A DNA stretch of 64,000 nt from assembly GCA_951406725.2 (NCBI GenBank), contig OX597815.1, forward strand, positions 177,568,001-177,632,000, written 5' to 3'. Position numbers and translations under genes: made by a program. A model generated the notes under the pieces. The model did no database searches. It was given only the letters and a program-made list of their open reading frames with translations, and was not told the DNA's origin. Of this stretch, positions 1 to 12,359 are shown one piece after another. This DNA is from Octopus vulgaris. Taxonomy: Eukaryota. Position 1 is the first letter of the stretch; the number at the start of each line of letters is the position of its first letter.

Positions 1-639
1 TAATAACAGTTCCCCTATATATAAAGTCACTTCAGGGTCATGTTTTAAAAATAGACAAAATTCCGTGTGAAAGGACGGCTGGATTGTAAACATATATATT
101 TAAAAGTATACGTACATACACACACATTCATGTGCATGAATATTCATGTGCATGAATATTCATTTTGTTTGCTAGATAAATATATAGACTGATCGATAAA
201 TACTTGTGCGTATACGTATGAGTGGGTGAGTGTGTATGTACGTTATTATATATTTGTTCATACTTTTATATATACATATGACCTCTTCCATATATATGAA
301 AAATGCCACTGAGTAAGCAAGTTCTAGAATTCATAAACTTAATCTATAGAAATTTAAATATAAGGATACTAAATTTGAAAGAAAACTCCATTGTCAAAAC
401 TTCTCTAGAAATATGCATTGACGAAAACTTACGATAAATTTTATAAGAATTTCCCTTGAAGGAACTCATGGGGAATTGTGTGTGTATATATATATGTATT
501 TTTTTTTGTAAATTCTCACTATATATAAACGTATATATATATGCGTGTGTGTATATATACATATATATATATATGTGTGTGTGTGTGAATTACTGAATGG
601 TAGTCAAGTGATAACGAATCTGTGTTAAAATATAGTTAA

Positions 640-1720
640 TTTTATGAGGTTTATTGTATCTAAATTTTATTTTGTGTCGATAGCAAAATTGCTTGCTATT
701 TATATCACACATAAAATTGGCTGCCTAGATTTAAAACTCTTTTATCATTAAGTGTAAAATTATCCTGTATATTCAGGTTTAACTTGTTTGAAAACTTATC
801 ACCCTTTATGTACTCAGTGGCTAACAAAATTTTTCATGCAATGAAACTAAGTTTTCGTAAAAAATTACTTATGGACATCCCTTATCTATAGATGTTTTTT
901 TTTCTGTTAGAATTTCCATCTGACCTTATACAGGTTAATGAAATTTTGTAAATTAAAATTTACATATTTAAATACATCTGTGCAGGCCATTAGACCATCG
1001 TGGAACTTTTGGATCATGATAAGGAACCTGCTGAGAGAAGTAAATTTGCATGGTATTCCATAAGGTCTCTTTACCGACCGTTGACAATCATTGAGACTTC
1101 GGAAAATATGGTGTAGAATAGGCCTTCCAAGGCGGTTTACACTTTTCAAGAATTCACAAATTCTCTGTAGGCAAAGCATCTTTATGTCTGTCTCCTACAT
1201 CTATGGCAAATAATTTAAGGCGGTACACAGCTTGGGGTGGGGGACGAAATACAGAGAAGTGGGAAATGCTTTCTAAAAAGACTTGAAATCTAAGATTTAT
1301 TATTTTGTATAGTGCTTATAAAAACCGTCAGAATGTTATTGACTGATTTCCGCTGATGGCCAGTTTGCTGAAAGCATTTGAGCCGCTGACGTTGAGATGA
1401 ATCTTTATTCTGCGGACTAAAATTACGAAACCAGTGATAACCTCTTCCATATAAAAGGTCTCTAGGTTTTATAGGATCGCTGGCCTAGGTAGTCTTCACA
1501 CAAACATACATCGGAAGACATATTAAGTAACCAACAGTTTTGTTTATCTGCATCGAAATGGAAAGAATATGGATAGTTTGTCAGTGGGTCCGTATTGTAT
1601 TATAAATCATCAAGTGAATATTACCGCAGTAAATAATATGAAATTGATAAACGACTGGTAAAATATAATGCTGTGTTATTTGTTGGTCGAAAAATGGGTT
1701 TCTAGAAATTCCAAATTAGC
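640..1720 (-). pseudogene. Decayed Penelope-like element reverse transcriptase fragment
   Basis: Minus-strand remnants of the ADK motif (~1540-1555) and GRPIL motif (ORF 907-1179), typical of the PLE RT N-terminal region; multiple stops and frameshifts; boundaries approximate. Confidence 0.5.
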
Positions 1721-1742
1721 CGAAAAACAGTTACTTTTATGC

Positions 1743-1787
<45 letters not shown>

Positions 1788-1788
<1 letters not shown>

Positions 1789-1998
1789 CAAACGTGAAAA
1801 CACAAAGAGAAAAGACAAAAACGCGAGGACGTGGAACAAGTATAGTATTATTGGACGCTCAGGAAAGAAGGGAAGAAGGAGGGTTTAACGTTTAGAGCGG
1901 AGCTCTTCTTCAGAAACATAGAAGAAGGAAATGTCCAAAGAAGGGAAGACGGAGGAAAAAAAATCGCCAACGGTGCACACGCGGTCACATTTTGAATG

Positions 1999-2000
<2 letters not shown>
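1788..2000 (-). mobile_element. Short non-coding PLE-terminus-like repeat with minimal hammerhead motif (copy 1, core mutated)
   Basis: Homologous to 14038-14240; flanked by microsatellites; minus strand 1883-1917 reads GTTT-CTGAAGA-A-GAGC-TCC-GCTC-TAAA-CGTT-AAAC (GAAA box mutated). Confidence 0.65.
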
Positions 2001-2051
<51 letters not shown>

Positions 2052-2053
<2 letters not shown>

Positions 2054-2923
2054 GAGGTGGTTTGCAAGACTTCTACCTTAATAGATATAATATTAAGTAT
2101 TTGAATAAAAGAAAGGTAAGAATACCGCTTGCCAAAGATGAAAGCGAAAGCTTCAGGAACCACCAACCCTACGATGAATACACACACGAGCAACGCAATG
2201 AACACTTTGAAAAATAGGCATACCTTCAGGATGGAATTTGAAGATAGTTTACGTACCCCCAATAGCAATAGATTTCATGCTGTGCATGAGAACACATGCT
2301 TTGTAATCTTCAGTTGGAGACTATTTAACATCCATTTCCAAAATATTCACTATGTCAACACGTGTGCGTTTCGAACTTTAAACGTTCCGGTCCGTTGAAA
2401 GAGAAAACTATCGTAAACAATAAAAATGTAGCTATATGAAAGCATTATAGCTGTTAAAAACAGCATTGCTCGTGTGTGTATTTATCGTAGGATTGGTGGT
2501 TTTTGAAGATTTCGCTTTCATCTTTGGCAAGCAGTATTCTTACCTTTCTTTTATTGAAATATTTAATATTATACCTATTGAGGTAGAAGTCTTGCTAACC
2601 GCCTCATTATTGCTGTTCTTATCAGCGATAATTCTTTCATATACTTACTTTTCTATTATTTACCATAGTTTTCTCTTTAAACATAGCGTGGCGTTTAAAT
2701 TTCGAAACGCACACGTATTTAAGTAGTGAATATTTTGGAGATAGATGTTACTATCTCCAACTGAAGATTACAAAGCATGTTTTCTCATGCACAGCATGAA
2801 ATCTAGTGATATTGGGGTATGTAAACTATCTTCAAACTCCATCCTGAAGGTAGGCCTATTTTTTAAAGTGTGTTTGTATTTATCGTAGGATTGGTGGGTT
2901 TTGAAGCTTTCGCTTTTATCTTT
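2052..2923. repeat. Diverged inverted and tandem array of a ~400-bp unit with degenerate HHR boxes
   Basis: 2052-2465 is reverse-complemented in permuted order at 2465-2923; CTGAAGA...GAAA boxes at 2761-2801 (+) and ~2265-2317 (-); (TA)n on both sides. Confidence 0.7.
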
Positions 2924-5073
2924 ATATATATATATATATGGTTATCTTGTTTCGGTGTAAAAAATGTCTTTCCGAAAGCATCAAGATTGATATATGGAAG
3001 GTTTAAATATATCCTACACAATGGAAAAACATAGTAAGAGATGGCTGAATTCTATATCTTATGTAGAGTTAGGAATGGATTTTAGTTTACCGGTCTAATA
3101 ATCTAAGACAGAAACAACTCTGCTAATATCTAATGAGGTTGTTACATAACATGTAAATGCATTATAATATTTAATTCTAGCTTGTTTTTGTGAGATTCTA
3201 TAATCTATGTTAATATTAGTTTACTCGTACCATAATTCAAGAATGTAAAAAAAGAATTTATGGCACTACAGTAACGGTGTATACGAAGTGTAAACTGTAG
3301 ACTATATAGAAAATATATATTTATATACAAATGCGAATATACGTACATACTCTTATGCATATTTGTATACGTTCATCAGTTTGTCATGTAATTTCATATA
3401 GCAGTAGTGAAGTACAGAAATAATGACAGGCAGAGATGATGCAAAAGAAGATAATGATAAATCTCAAATCGCCATCAAATATTCGGAAGAGCTGTCTGTA
3501 GAAATATCTTGATTGTAGATATTATCAAACTTTTATTGATTGCGCATTTCTACATTTAGAAGTAAATACTGTTCTCTTTTTTTTTGTTTCTTTTTTGTTT
3601 TTGCTTCTTTTTTTTTTGTTTACAATATATCTCTCTTCATTTTCACACTTGCATAAAATTCTTTCTATCTTTCAAATAAGATATACTGTAAATTGCATTT
3701 GGCATATAACAATTTGCATTAAATTGAAACATATAAATCCGAAATTTTATTTCCTCACTGTATTATGCGTTTTATCATAATCGCTACTAAGTTGTTTTTT
3801 TTGGTTTCCAAAGTTTTGTAATTCCCATTCTCCTAGAAATTTATAAAGAATATAGTCTCAGAATAAGACGGAGTTACAGTTTTATTACACCTGAAGTATT
3901 AGTATTACTAGGCAATATCGATAAATTACTTTTGTTATTTATACATTAAATACATTTTTCATATAAACTTCATTATTTTGGAAGCATCTTATTTCCTATG
4001 CTGGACGATATGCCAAGAAATGTAACACAGGAAGTGAATTGGGTAATTTAAAATGCCAAATGAATTAATTTGTTACAAATTATTCATATGACAAAACAAA
4101 AGGTAAGACATGGAAAATAAAGAATAACATTAGGTAATTTGTAAAATGTATTCTTCCAATAAGCGTATTTAGAACATGAATAGCCGTTCTATATGAACAA
4201 TGGTCTGTGGTTCACTTGCTTGTAATCTAGTGGTAAAATTAACGAAGTCAAAACCATTGATTCAGAATTCAGAATTTATTTGAATAGCTTAATCAGAATT
4301 TTGCAATAGTGAATTAATCCTCCAGTATGTAAGTTAAGGTTTCTGTCATATTAATATTTAAGGAGTTATTTCCTGAATAGCTGAAATATTATATTTCAAT
4401 ACTTATATATGGTAGGTTTTGCTGCGAATACTATATAAAATAACCACGAACGAACTGTGAATTATATCGTGACAATAAGCAAGAGATATACGATGACAGA
4501 TTAAAAGCATCGCGTGAAAACTGCTAACTTGAAATCATGATCTTGATCCTCCAGATGATGCGAATAAATACATAAAGAGAACTTCGTGAATAGACTCACG
4601 AAAGTTAAAACTGAAAGCACAATATAGATACTGAAATAGAGAATGATAAAACTAAAATAAAAGCAAATGCGTGTTGAGACAATTAGATTATTGTCAAAGG
4701 GATGCAGAATTAATTGAGCGAAAGACAATGCTTTATAGAATTCAACACAGTTACAGCGACTACGAATGTATTTGTTAGAAGAGACAATGCCTCGTAATCA
4801 TATATAATAATTTTGTTTTTACGACTGAGTGAAGTGTACTTATCCGACTAAGATTTGTGAGGGAATTAAAACTTGGGAAAAGAGAGAATGCCTAAGAAAA
4901 TTGAAACAATATGAGGGATAGACAGAAATGAAGAAACATTTTGATGAGAATGTGCCGAACAAAACGCAAATAAGTACAAATAACTAAACCAGGTATTTAA
5001 CCAATCTTACCCGAGGGGACAGGGGACATCTCCCTATTGTATACTACGCCAGAAGTCTAAATAATAGGGTTCT

Positions 5074-5232
5074 GCTGGTGGCTGTGTGGTAAATAGCTTG
5101 CATACGAACCACGTGGTTCCGGGTTCAGTCCCACTGCGTGGCACCTTGGGCAAGTGTATTCTACTACTGCCTGGGGCCGAAAAAAGCCTTGAGATTGGAT
5201 TTGGTAGACGGAAACTGAAAGAAGCCGTCATA

Positions 5233-5281
<49 letters not shown>

Positions 5282-5505
5282 TTATGTGTGTGTGTGTGTA
5301 TATGTTTGTGTGTCTGTGTTTCTCACCCTAACATCGCTTGACAACCGATGCTAGCGATTCGGCACAAGAGACCGACAGAATAAGTACTACGCTTACAAAA
5401 AATAAGTCCTGGGATCGATTTGCTCGACTAAAGGTGGTGCTCCAGCGTGGCCACAGTAAAATGACTGAAACAAGTAAAAGAATAAAAGGAAAGTAAAAAG
5501 AGAGT
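5074..5505 (+). mobile_element. tRNA-derived SINE, family B (internal TA/TG microsatellite)
   Basis: A/B-box head (gctgtgtggtaa...ggttcagtcc), ccttgggcaagt core, tail atgactgaaacaagtaaaag; several copies in window. Confidence 0.85.
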
Positions 5506-5559
5506 AATGAATGGATTTATTAGAGAAGATGAAGTGAAATCTTAATCCCCATTCAATAA

Positions 5560-6950
5560 TTTGGAAGCGAACATCAATAGCTGAAGCCTACTTTGCCTTA
5601 AGTAGCTTTGGATGCAAGATCATTCCCATATCAACAAAATATCACCGGATTTAGATGTATCAGTTAGCAACATCTGGGTTTCCGGAACACGCACATACCG
5701 TACTTGGTGATGGTGTGGTCTGTGCAACCCTCTTTCAAGCTAGGCCGGGAGAGATTTGGAAATATTTGGATCTTGTGGGAAGGAATATCATTCAGAGTTG
5801 GAATTGTTGCTCAGTGATCCAAGTGGAATGCAGCAACGGAAGCGATTCCTCCCAACGTGATCATTTATGCTTCATCAGGAGAAGGGTATCTAGATATTTT
5901 CAGTCGATTTAAAACATTCCTGGAACCATCGATTTCATCAGTGCAAATAGGCAATTGGCAAGACATCGCTGAAGTCCGCTGGGACAGTACTGCAAATGCA
6001 AATAACAATGGTGGCATAAAAACTTCAGTCATTTTCCGTAATCTAACAGGAAACGTAGTAGAAACCGAAGATGCGCGACGTGGACGAAGATGATGTTTCA
6101 ATTTTGTTTTGCTGGGAAAACGGTTTCTGATTGTTACTGGAAACACGGATTGCACACACAGTCGTGTGCAATTGCCAGCATATAAATTCAGGAGGAAGAT
6201 TTCGATCTGACATGATACACAGAAATTTTCCTATGTTAACAATTGAAATAATTTCTGATAAGCTTCACCTGAATGGTGGATGAAGCAGATTTCTCTCTTC
6301 TTACGAAAGGCAGGATTGCTCCGGTGATTAGTAGTATTTCCTAATAATCCAGATTAAACGGCAATCTTTTGCCCCCTTTTCTAATCCTTCATTCGTGTTT
6401 TATTCCCTTCCATCTTTCCATTCATTTTGGAGCGCACTACCCCATAGCAAACATAACACTTCATATCAGATACCTCCTTGGCATAGTTCATTTGGTGGCA
6501 CGCTGAACACAGATCTCCACCTCGGTAACACTTAATTCAGTAGCAAGTGGTACTATTATATGAACGCATTCTGTACCAGGGCAAGAGATTTAATTTTTCC
6601 CGGCCCCTGGAATGGCAAGTCTGCACAGACGAGAGCAATTCGTCACTGGATAGAAGATTCTATTAAGATGTCAATATAGTTCAAACTTCCTAATGGATAG
6701 AAACTTACACAGAAATGCACTAAAGATAACTATGATTTAACAGTCGAGTAAATCGGTCAAATGCGTGTCTCATTTCCGTTGTCGATTTACATTCCAGTCG
6801 CTGTGACAAACTTTTTCTTATGTGACCATTTTGGAGAATCTCCTTTTGTTTGCCTTTTGTTAGACATGTGTTTCATTTATCAAAATATCAGTCTGCTGGC
6901 ACGTCTATCTGCCGGAGGACAATGCAGTGACTGATAAGCAAATATGCGCA
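5560..6950 (-). pseudogene. Heavily decayed non-LTR retrotransposon ORF
   Basis: Peptide PICTDEI...VLNRLKISRYPSPD resembles the LINE RT domain-0 motif (L..LK..KSPGPDG); more GC-rich than the flanks; boundaries uncertain. Confidence 0.3.
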
Positions 6951-7236
6951 GAGACTGTCCAACCTCTTAGGATTCATTGTTGGTAAGTAGCTGCGTTCTA
7001 CCCAATGAATTTATACAAACACACACACACACACACACACATTTAAGGCCCTCTTTATTTGTTTTCCTGTCCTGTTTCTATTCCTTCTTGTACTGTATTT
7101 TTTGTAATTGTATCTTATTTTGTATTTGTTTTTAATTGTATTTACGTCCTTTTTTTGTCACATTTTTGTCACATTTTTTTCCCGTTTTTTCACCCCTCTG
7201 CAAAGGAATTGTATTTTAATTCTTTCGCAGGAAGGA

Positions 7237-7312
7237 CTAGTTCAGAGAGACGTGTTCTGTCCATCCTTCGAAATACGCTGGAGTTGAACTAGGGACAGCT
7301 GATGAAGGGGAT
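7237..7312 (+). ncRNA. Candidate non-circularly permuted (pseudoknotted) hammerhead ribozyme with intact core
   Basis: CGTG-TT / CTGTCC / ATCCTTC / GAAA-TACG ... GGACAG-CTGATGA-A-GGGGAT; stems I, II and III can all form; compensatory changes in the homolog at 46819-46899. Confidence 0.65.
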
Positions 7313-7524
7313 TTTTCCTTGTGTAGTTGTCTTGTACTCTGTTTTTTCGTTGTTAAAAAATGGTCTGTTCCATGCTGTTTTTACGTTTTCGTTTCTCGTT
7401 GAGTTCTGCGTCTATTTGTGGTGTCCTGTACACACGTATATATATTTATATATGCATGTATATATACATGTAGATGTAGGTACGTACATATATGTTTGTA
7501 TGTATGCATATATTTTATTTGTTA

Positions 7525-7576
<52 letters not shown>

Positions 7577-7608
7577 AGAAAAAGATAACTGGTTTACTCT
7601 TTTTACTC

Positions 7609-7985
7609 GGGCGTGACTATGTGGTAAGAAGTTCGCTTCCGAACCACATGGTTCCAGGTTCATTCCCACATTTTAGGCAAGTTTTTCTACTATAGCCTCG
7701 GGTCGACCAAAGCCATGTAAGTGCGTTTGGCAAACGTAAACTGAAAGAAGCCCGTCCTTTATATATTTATGTGCGTCTGTATTTCTCCACCACCACTGCT
7801 TTACAACCGTTGTTAGTGCCTTTACGTCCCCGTAACTAAGCGATTGGACGGGGGATCAATACACTATGCACCGTTCTAGAAAAAAAAACTCAAATACTGA
7901 GGTCGATTCATTCGACTAAACATACTTCAAAGTGGTGCTCCAGCATGGCCGCAGTGTCATGACTGCAAAACAAGTAAAAGATAAA
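7609..7985 (+). mobile_element. tRNA-derived SINE, family B
   Basis: Same head and tail as 5074-5505. Confidence 0.8.
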
Positions 7986-9023
7986 TGGTAAACCATTATA
8001 TGCAGCATTATATATGTCAGCTGTTCTTCTGATATTCCTGCTGCCCGTCTCCGCTGGCACTAAGCTAAATACCTGTTGAAGTGCGAGACAGAGTATAATA
8101 ATTGAAGAACATTTATATCATATTTCTCAATGTTTCACATGATATATTGATGGCTGACTGTAATGTCCTTCTATGTATTTCTTGGAGCATTTGAAAAGCT
8201 GATTAGTTATTACCGCAAGACCAATATCAATACCTAATCGCCTTTAGTGATTAGAAGATGAAGTAGGAGGTCGATAAAAAGAAAGAAAATATTGATCAAG
8301 AAAAGATATAATAAGAACGAAGAGGTGTTTTAAAATCTCATCTCATAGAGTAAATATATAATTCAATGCTGCAAATACATCATGCTATCTGAATGGTGCT
8401 GAGATATATTGACAGAAATATCGTATGGCAAATTAATGTATAACAAGCAGTAGTAACGTAGCAAAAAATACTTTCCCAGCTCATATATTATTGAGGTCAT
8501 AAGAGTGATCCATATTTTAAAATTAATAGAGCAAATATTCGAACAGCTTTCTAACAATGTCAACTAAGAATTTTACAAAACCAGAAGATTTGTAGCCTAA
8601 GGATGCAGATGACTTGTGTATTGGATGATAATAAGAATCCCGACTACAGAAGAAGCAAATAAAGAAGGTGACGGGCATGCATTTTTAGATTAAATCATTT
8701 TACGTCTACTTACCTTTTGTCGTCTGAAAAATTACTCGAAAATATATCGTTATGAATATTTCTATACTTAATCGCAACTCGGCTGCTCTGTAATAAATAA
8801 CGAAAAGTGATTAAGTGAATCAATCTGTTGCACCAGAAAATTGATGAAAATATACTTCCAGTAGCATTACATGCGTGATACTTGGAAACCTCGGCTGAAT
8901 GCTTGTTGGCTAGACGCAATTTCAAACCAAAAAGGAAATAACTCACCGTCACTAAAATGTGACCAAGGGTGCAGGGGACACCAGCATATATAAACACATA
9001 CATAGAGACAGACAGACAGACAG

Positions 9024-9082
<59 letters not shown>

Positions 9083-10034
9083 CACATATACATACACATA
9101 TGCACAGCTATCATCAAAGCGTCAGGGTTAATGTTTTTACAATACGCTTTTGAAAACTCTTCCTAATTTCCAAACTAGCCCTCTATCCGCCCACTTCTGT
9201 ATAAATAAATATAAATTAAGGAAAATGTTGTAGTGAGAATTTCGAATAATCCTTTATTGGTGTTTCTCTCTCATTCTTTGCGACTCCTCATATATAAATT
9301 TCACCAAGAGCTTCGTTCCCAATTTTACAAATCTGGAAGAGGGTGCTTTTTTATTTTATTTTGTTATGTATTTGTATGTGAGAGTAGAAAATGGAAAGAG
9401 AAAAGAGGAAAGAATAGAGAAGAGAAAGAAAGAGAGGAAAACAGAGAGAACAGAAAATCATAAATAAAGCAAGGAGAAAGAAGGTGGGGAGAATGAAAGC
9501 AAAAATAGATTTGTTTTTTTCTTTTTTCCTCCTCGGATATGGCTTTTATTGATATGTTTTGGGATGGTCTGTGGTTAGAATTTTTTTAACAGGTGGTTGA
9601 CGTTAAAGACATTCCAAGATGTAATTTTTGTCTTTTAATGAAAGAGAGAAAGAACAAAATGCAGGAAGAAGGGTAAGAAACAAGGAGAAAGAAAAGAAAA
9701 AAAACATCGGAAAGAGTCCACTGTGTGGAGTAAAAGAGCTTTTGACAGGTTGCTGGTATTTATTGAGTGCTAAAATCTTTCGGTAAGTCCTTCAGAGTGT
9801 AACTGCTGCGTTTTTTTTAACATATAAACAGTTTGACTGCTTTATTCCTTGGAGACAGTCAGAATGGTGAGGACGCCTCTGATTACAACCTAATGAGGTT
9901 CGAAAATTGATTAAGGTTGTTCACCATCTCCTCAGTCTGTGGAGAAATGGCTGAAATTTGCCCTGCTAATAATTATATCGTAAGTTCCATATATATATAT
10001 ATATATTATTTACATATGTATATAATATATATAG

Positions 10035-10322
10035 CCACTGGCATGACTATGTGGTAAGGAGCTTGTTGCTTCCCAACCACATGGTACCGATTTCAGTCCC
10101 ACCACGTGGCACCTCTTCAAATCTGTTCTATTATAGCCCCGAGCCGACCAAAGACCTGTTAGTAGAAATCCGTCGTATATATATATATATATATATATAC
10201 TTCAACTTCGAATCCACATAAAGAATCTTGAAAATACAAAAACGAAATATGTGTGTGAGTGTGAGTTTACATATATATATGTGTGTGTGTGTGTTTGCAT
10301 CTGTGTTTGTCCCCCACCATCG
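10035..10322 (+). mobile_element. Partial SINE, family B (5' part)
   Basis: tgtggtaagg...cccaaccacatgg...cagtcccac head. Confidence 0.7.
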
Positions 10323-10893
10323 CATATATATAATTATAGTACGTGTGTATATATGTGCGTGATTATTTATATGTAACGTAAGACGTATTACTTTCAAATA
10401 TTGACTTCGCTATATTTTTTTTTTTACCCTAATTATATTCTCCAAGTACAACATTTCTTCCAAATACTCACAACTTTTCGAAAATATGAAATGAAATACC
10501 TCCAGTAATGATGCGTTGAGGTATTGATTCATCGGCTTTCATAAGATTTCTTCGTCACAATAGAAAATATTACTTCACGTACACCGGCAAAGAAAAGCGT
10601 AATTATATGTATCCAAACCTGTATATGATATCAGAAAACAGATAATATATGCTGCCGTTAACTTTCAAGCTTACCAATTACTATTGTTGCTCAAATTCTT
10701 TCCATTTATGCAGTGAAAATTTTCCGTCTTCCTTTGCCAGCATTACCGTTTCTCTATCACGTTTCTGTTCATTCTTTTTCATGTATCTGCATGAATCTAT
10801 TCATACACATTTAATACATGTACGAGCGTATGCATGTGTCTGAATATGCGTTTACCTCTACATTGTGTATTTGGTGGGGCGTTGTTTATAAAA

Positions 10894-10936
<43 letters not shown>

Positions 10937-10937
10937 A

Positions 10938-11033
<96 letters not shown>

Positions 11034-12029
11034 ATATAACCACACACTTGCATGCATACATACTTACATACACTCATACATAAATTCACGATTTCACTTT
11101 AAATTATATTTATGAAGAAGTGTGTCATATTGAAAGACGCTATCATGTTTTGTTCAGAATAATATACTATTCTGCTTTTTCGGAGGAGTGTATTCCAGAA
11201 TTACTTTAGTAGAGATTTTTATCGTTTATATATGTGTTGATTACTGAAGCAATATTGTGAAACATGTTCCTTAACTGCACACTATGAATATTGTATACAT
11301 TCACATAAATTTTCTTTCAAAGATCTTGTGATATTTAGAACATAGTTGGTACTTGTTTTTATTCAAATGCGTTCTTTATGTATATTTATGGCGTGTTATG
11401 TTTCCTTATTGATATGACTTTCTTAACCAATGTTTTAACTTGCAAGATATTCTGTATAAAATGTTTGGTATATTGAGAAATATATCATAGTTTGTCCCAA
11501 TTCCATAAAAAAATTATAAATAAGAAACATTTCAAAAAGGTTATATTTCGGTTGGGATCCTTTCAACAGTTTTATTTTCTGATCAGCATTCTGTTAATAT
11601 ATGCCCTTAAATGCGTATGATTTGAATATTCCATCTATTAGAATAGTTCAATCTAATAATTTTAATGTTCAGTTTAATACATTTACTGATCAATCTGATA
11701 TAATAACTATGAGAGCTGTCTTCAAAGTTTTATATTACATAGGTACTTTCAACTCGACTATGTGACTTGCACGCATGCTATCGACTATGAAAGTTTTAAT
11801 TGCCCTCAATTCATTATAACGTCAATAAATAATGAAACGTTTTCTCTGGTTTGCAGATTTTATAGATATTGCATTTAGTTTCTGAAAAAAATAAGGTGAC
11901 TAAATTACTAGAATACACTGAACTGCAAAAGAAACGCGACAAATATGTGACTGTGAAATATGTTGGGCCGTTGTCATGTGTTCTCGTAGTGGGCAGATTC
12001 AGCACATCGAGATTATAGGGCGTGACATG

Positions 12030-12355
12030 TTCAAAACTGTGTATGCCTTCTCTGGAAGTTCAAAATGGTCATACACCATCGGTACATGGAGTACTTGAGG
12101 CGGTTCACAAAAGTTATTGGCACCTGTACCCACACCCTGGAGAAAGTTGCCTCCAGTTCCACACGAGTTGTCAGGCTTGGGAGCACCTGGTTCAGCCGTC
12201 TCTAGATTTTTTCCTCCCATAGGTGTTCAATTGGGTCGAGACCCAGGCTAAGAGCAGGCCACGGCATGCCTCTGAGTTTGTGCTGACGCTGAGAGTCCAT
12301 AATGACGCTGGCCGTGCGGGAGGGAGCATTGTCCTGCGGCATACCCAACAGGGGT
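12030..12355 (-). pseudogene. Tc1-family transposase C-terminal fragment
   Basis: Minus-strand QDNAPSRTA...WPALSLGLDPIEHLW, matching the DD34E C-terminal motifs QDNA and WP..SPDLNPIE. Confidence 0.75.
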
Positions 12356-12359
12356 TGAT

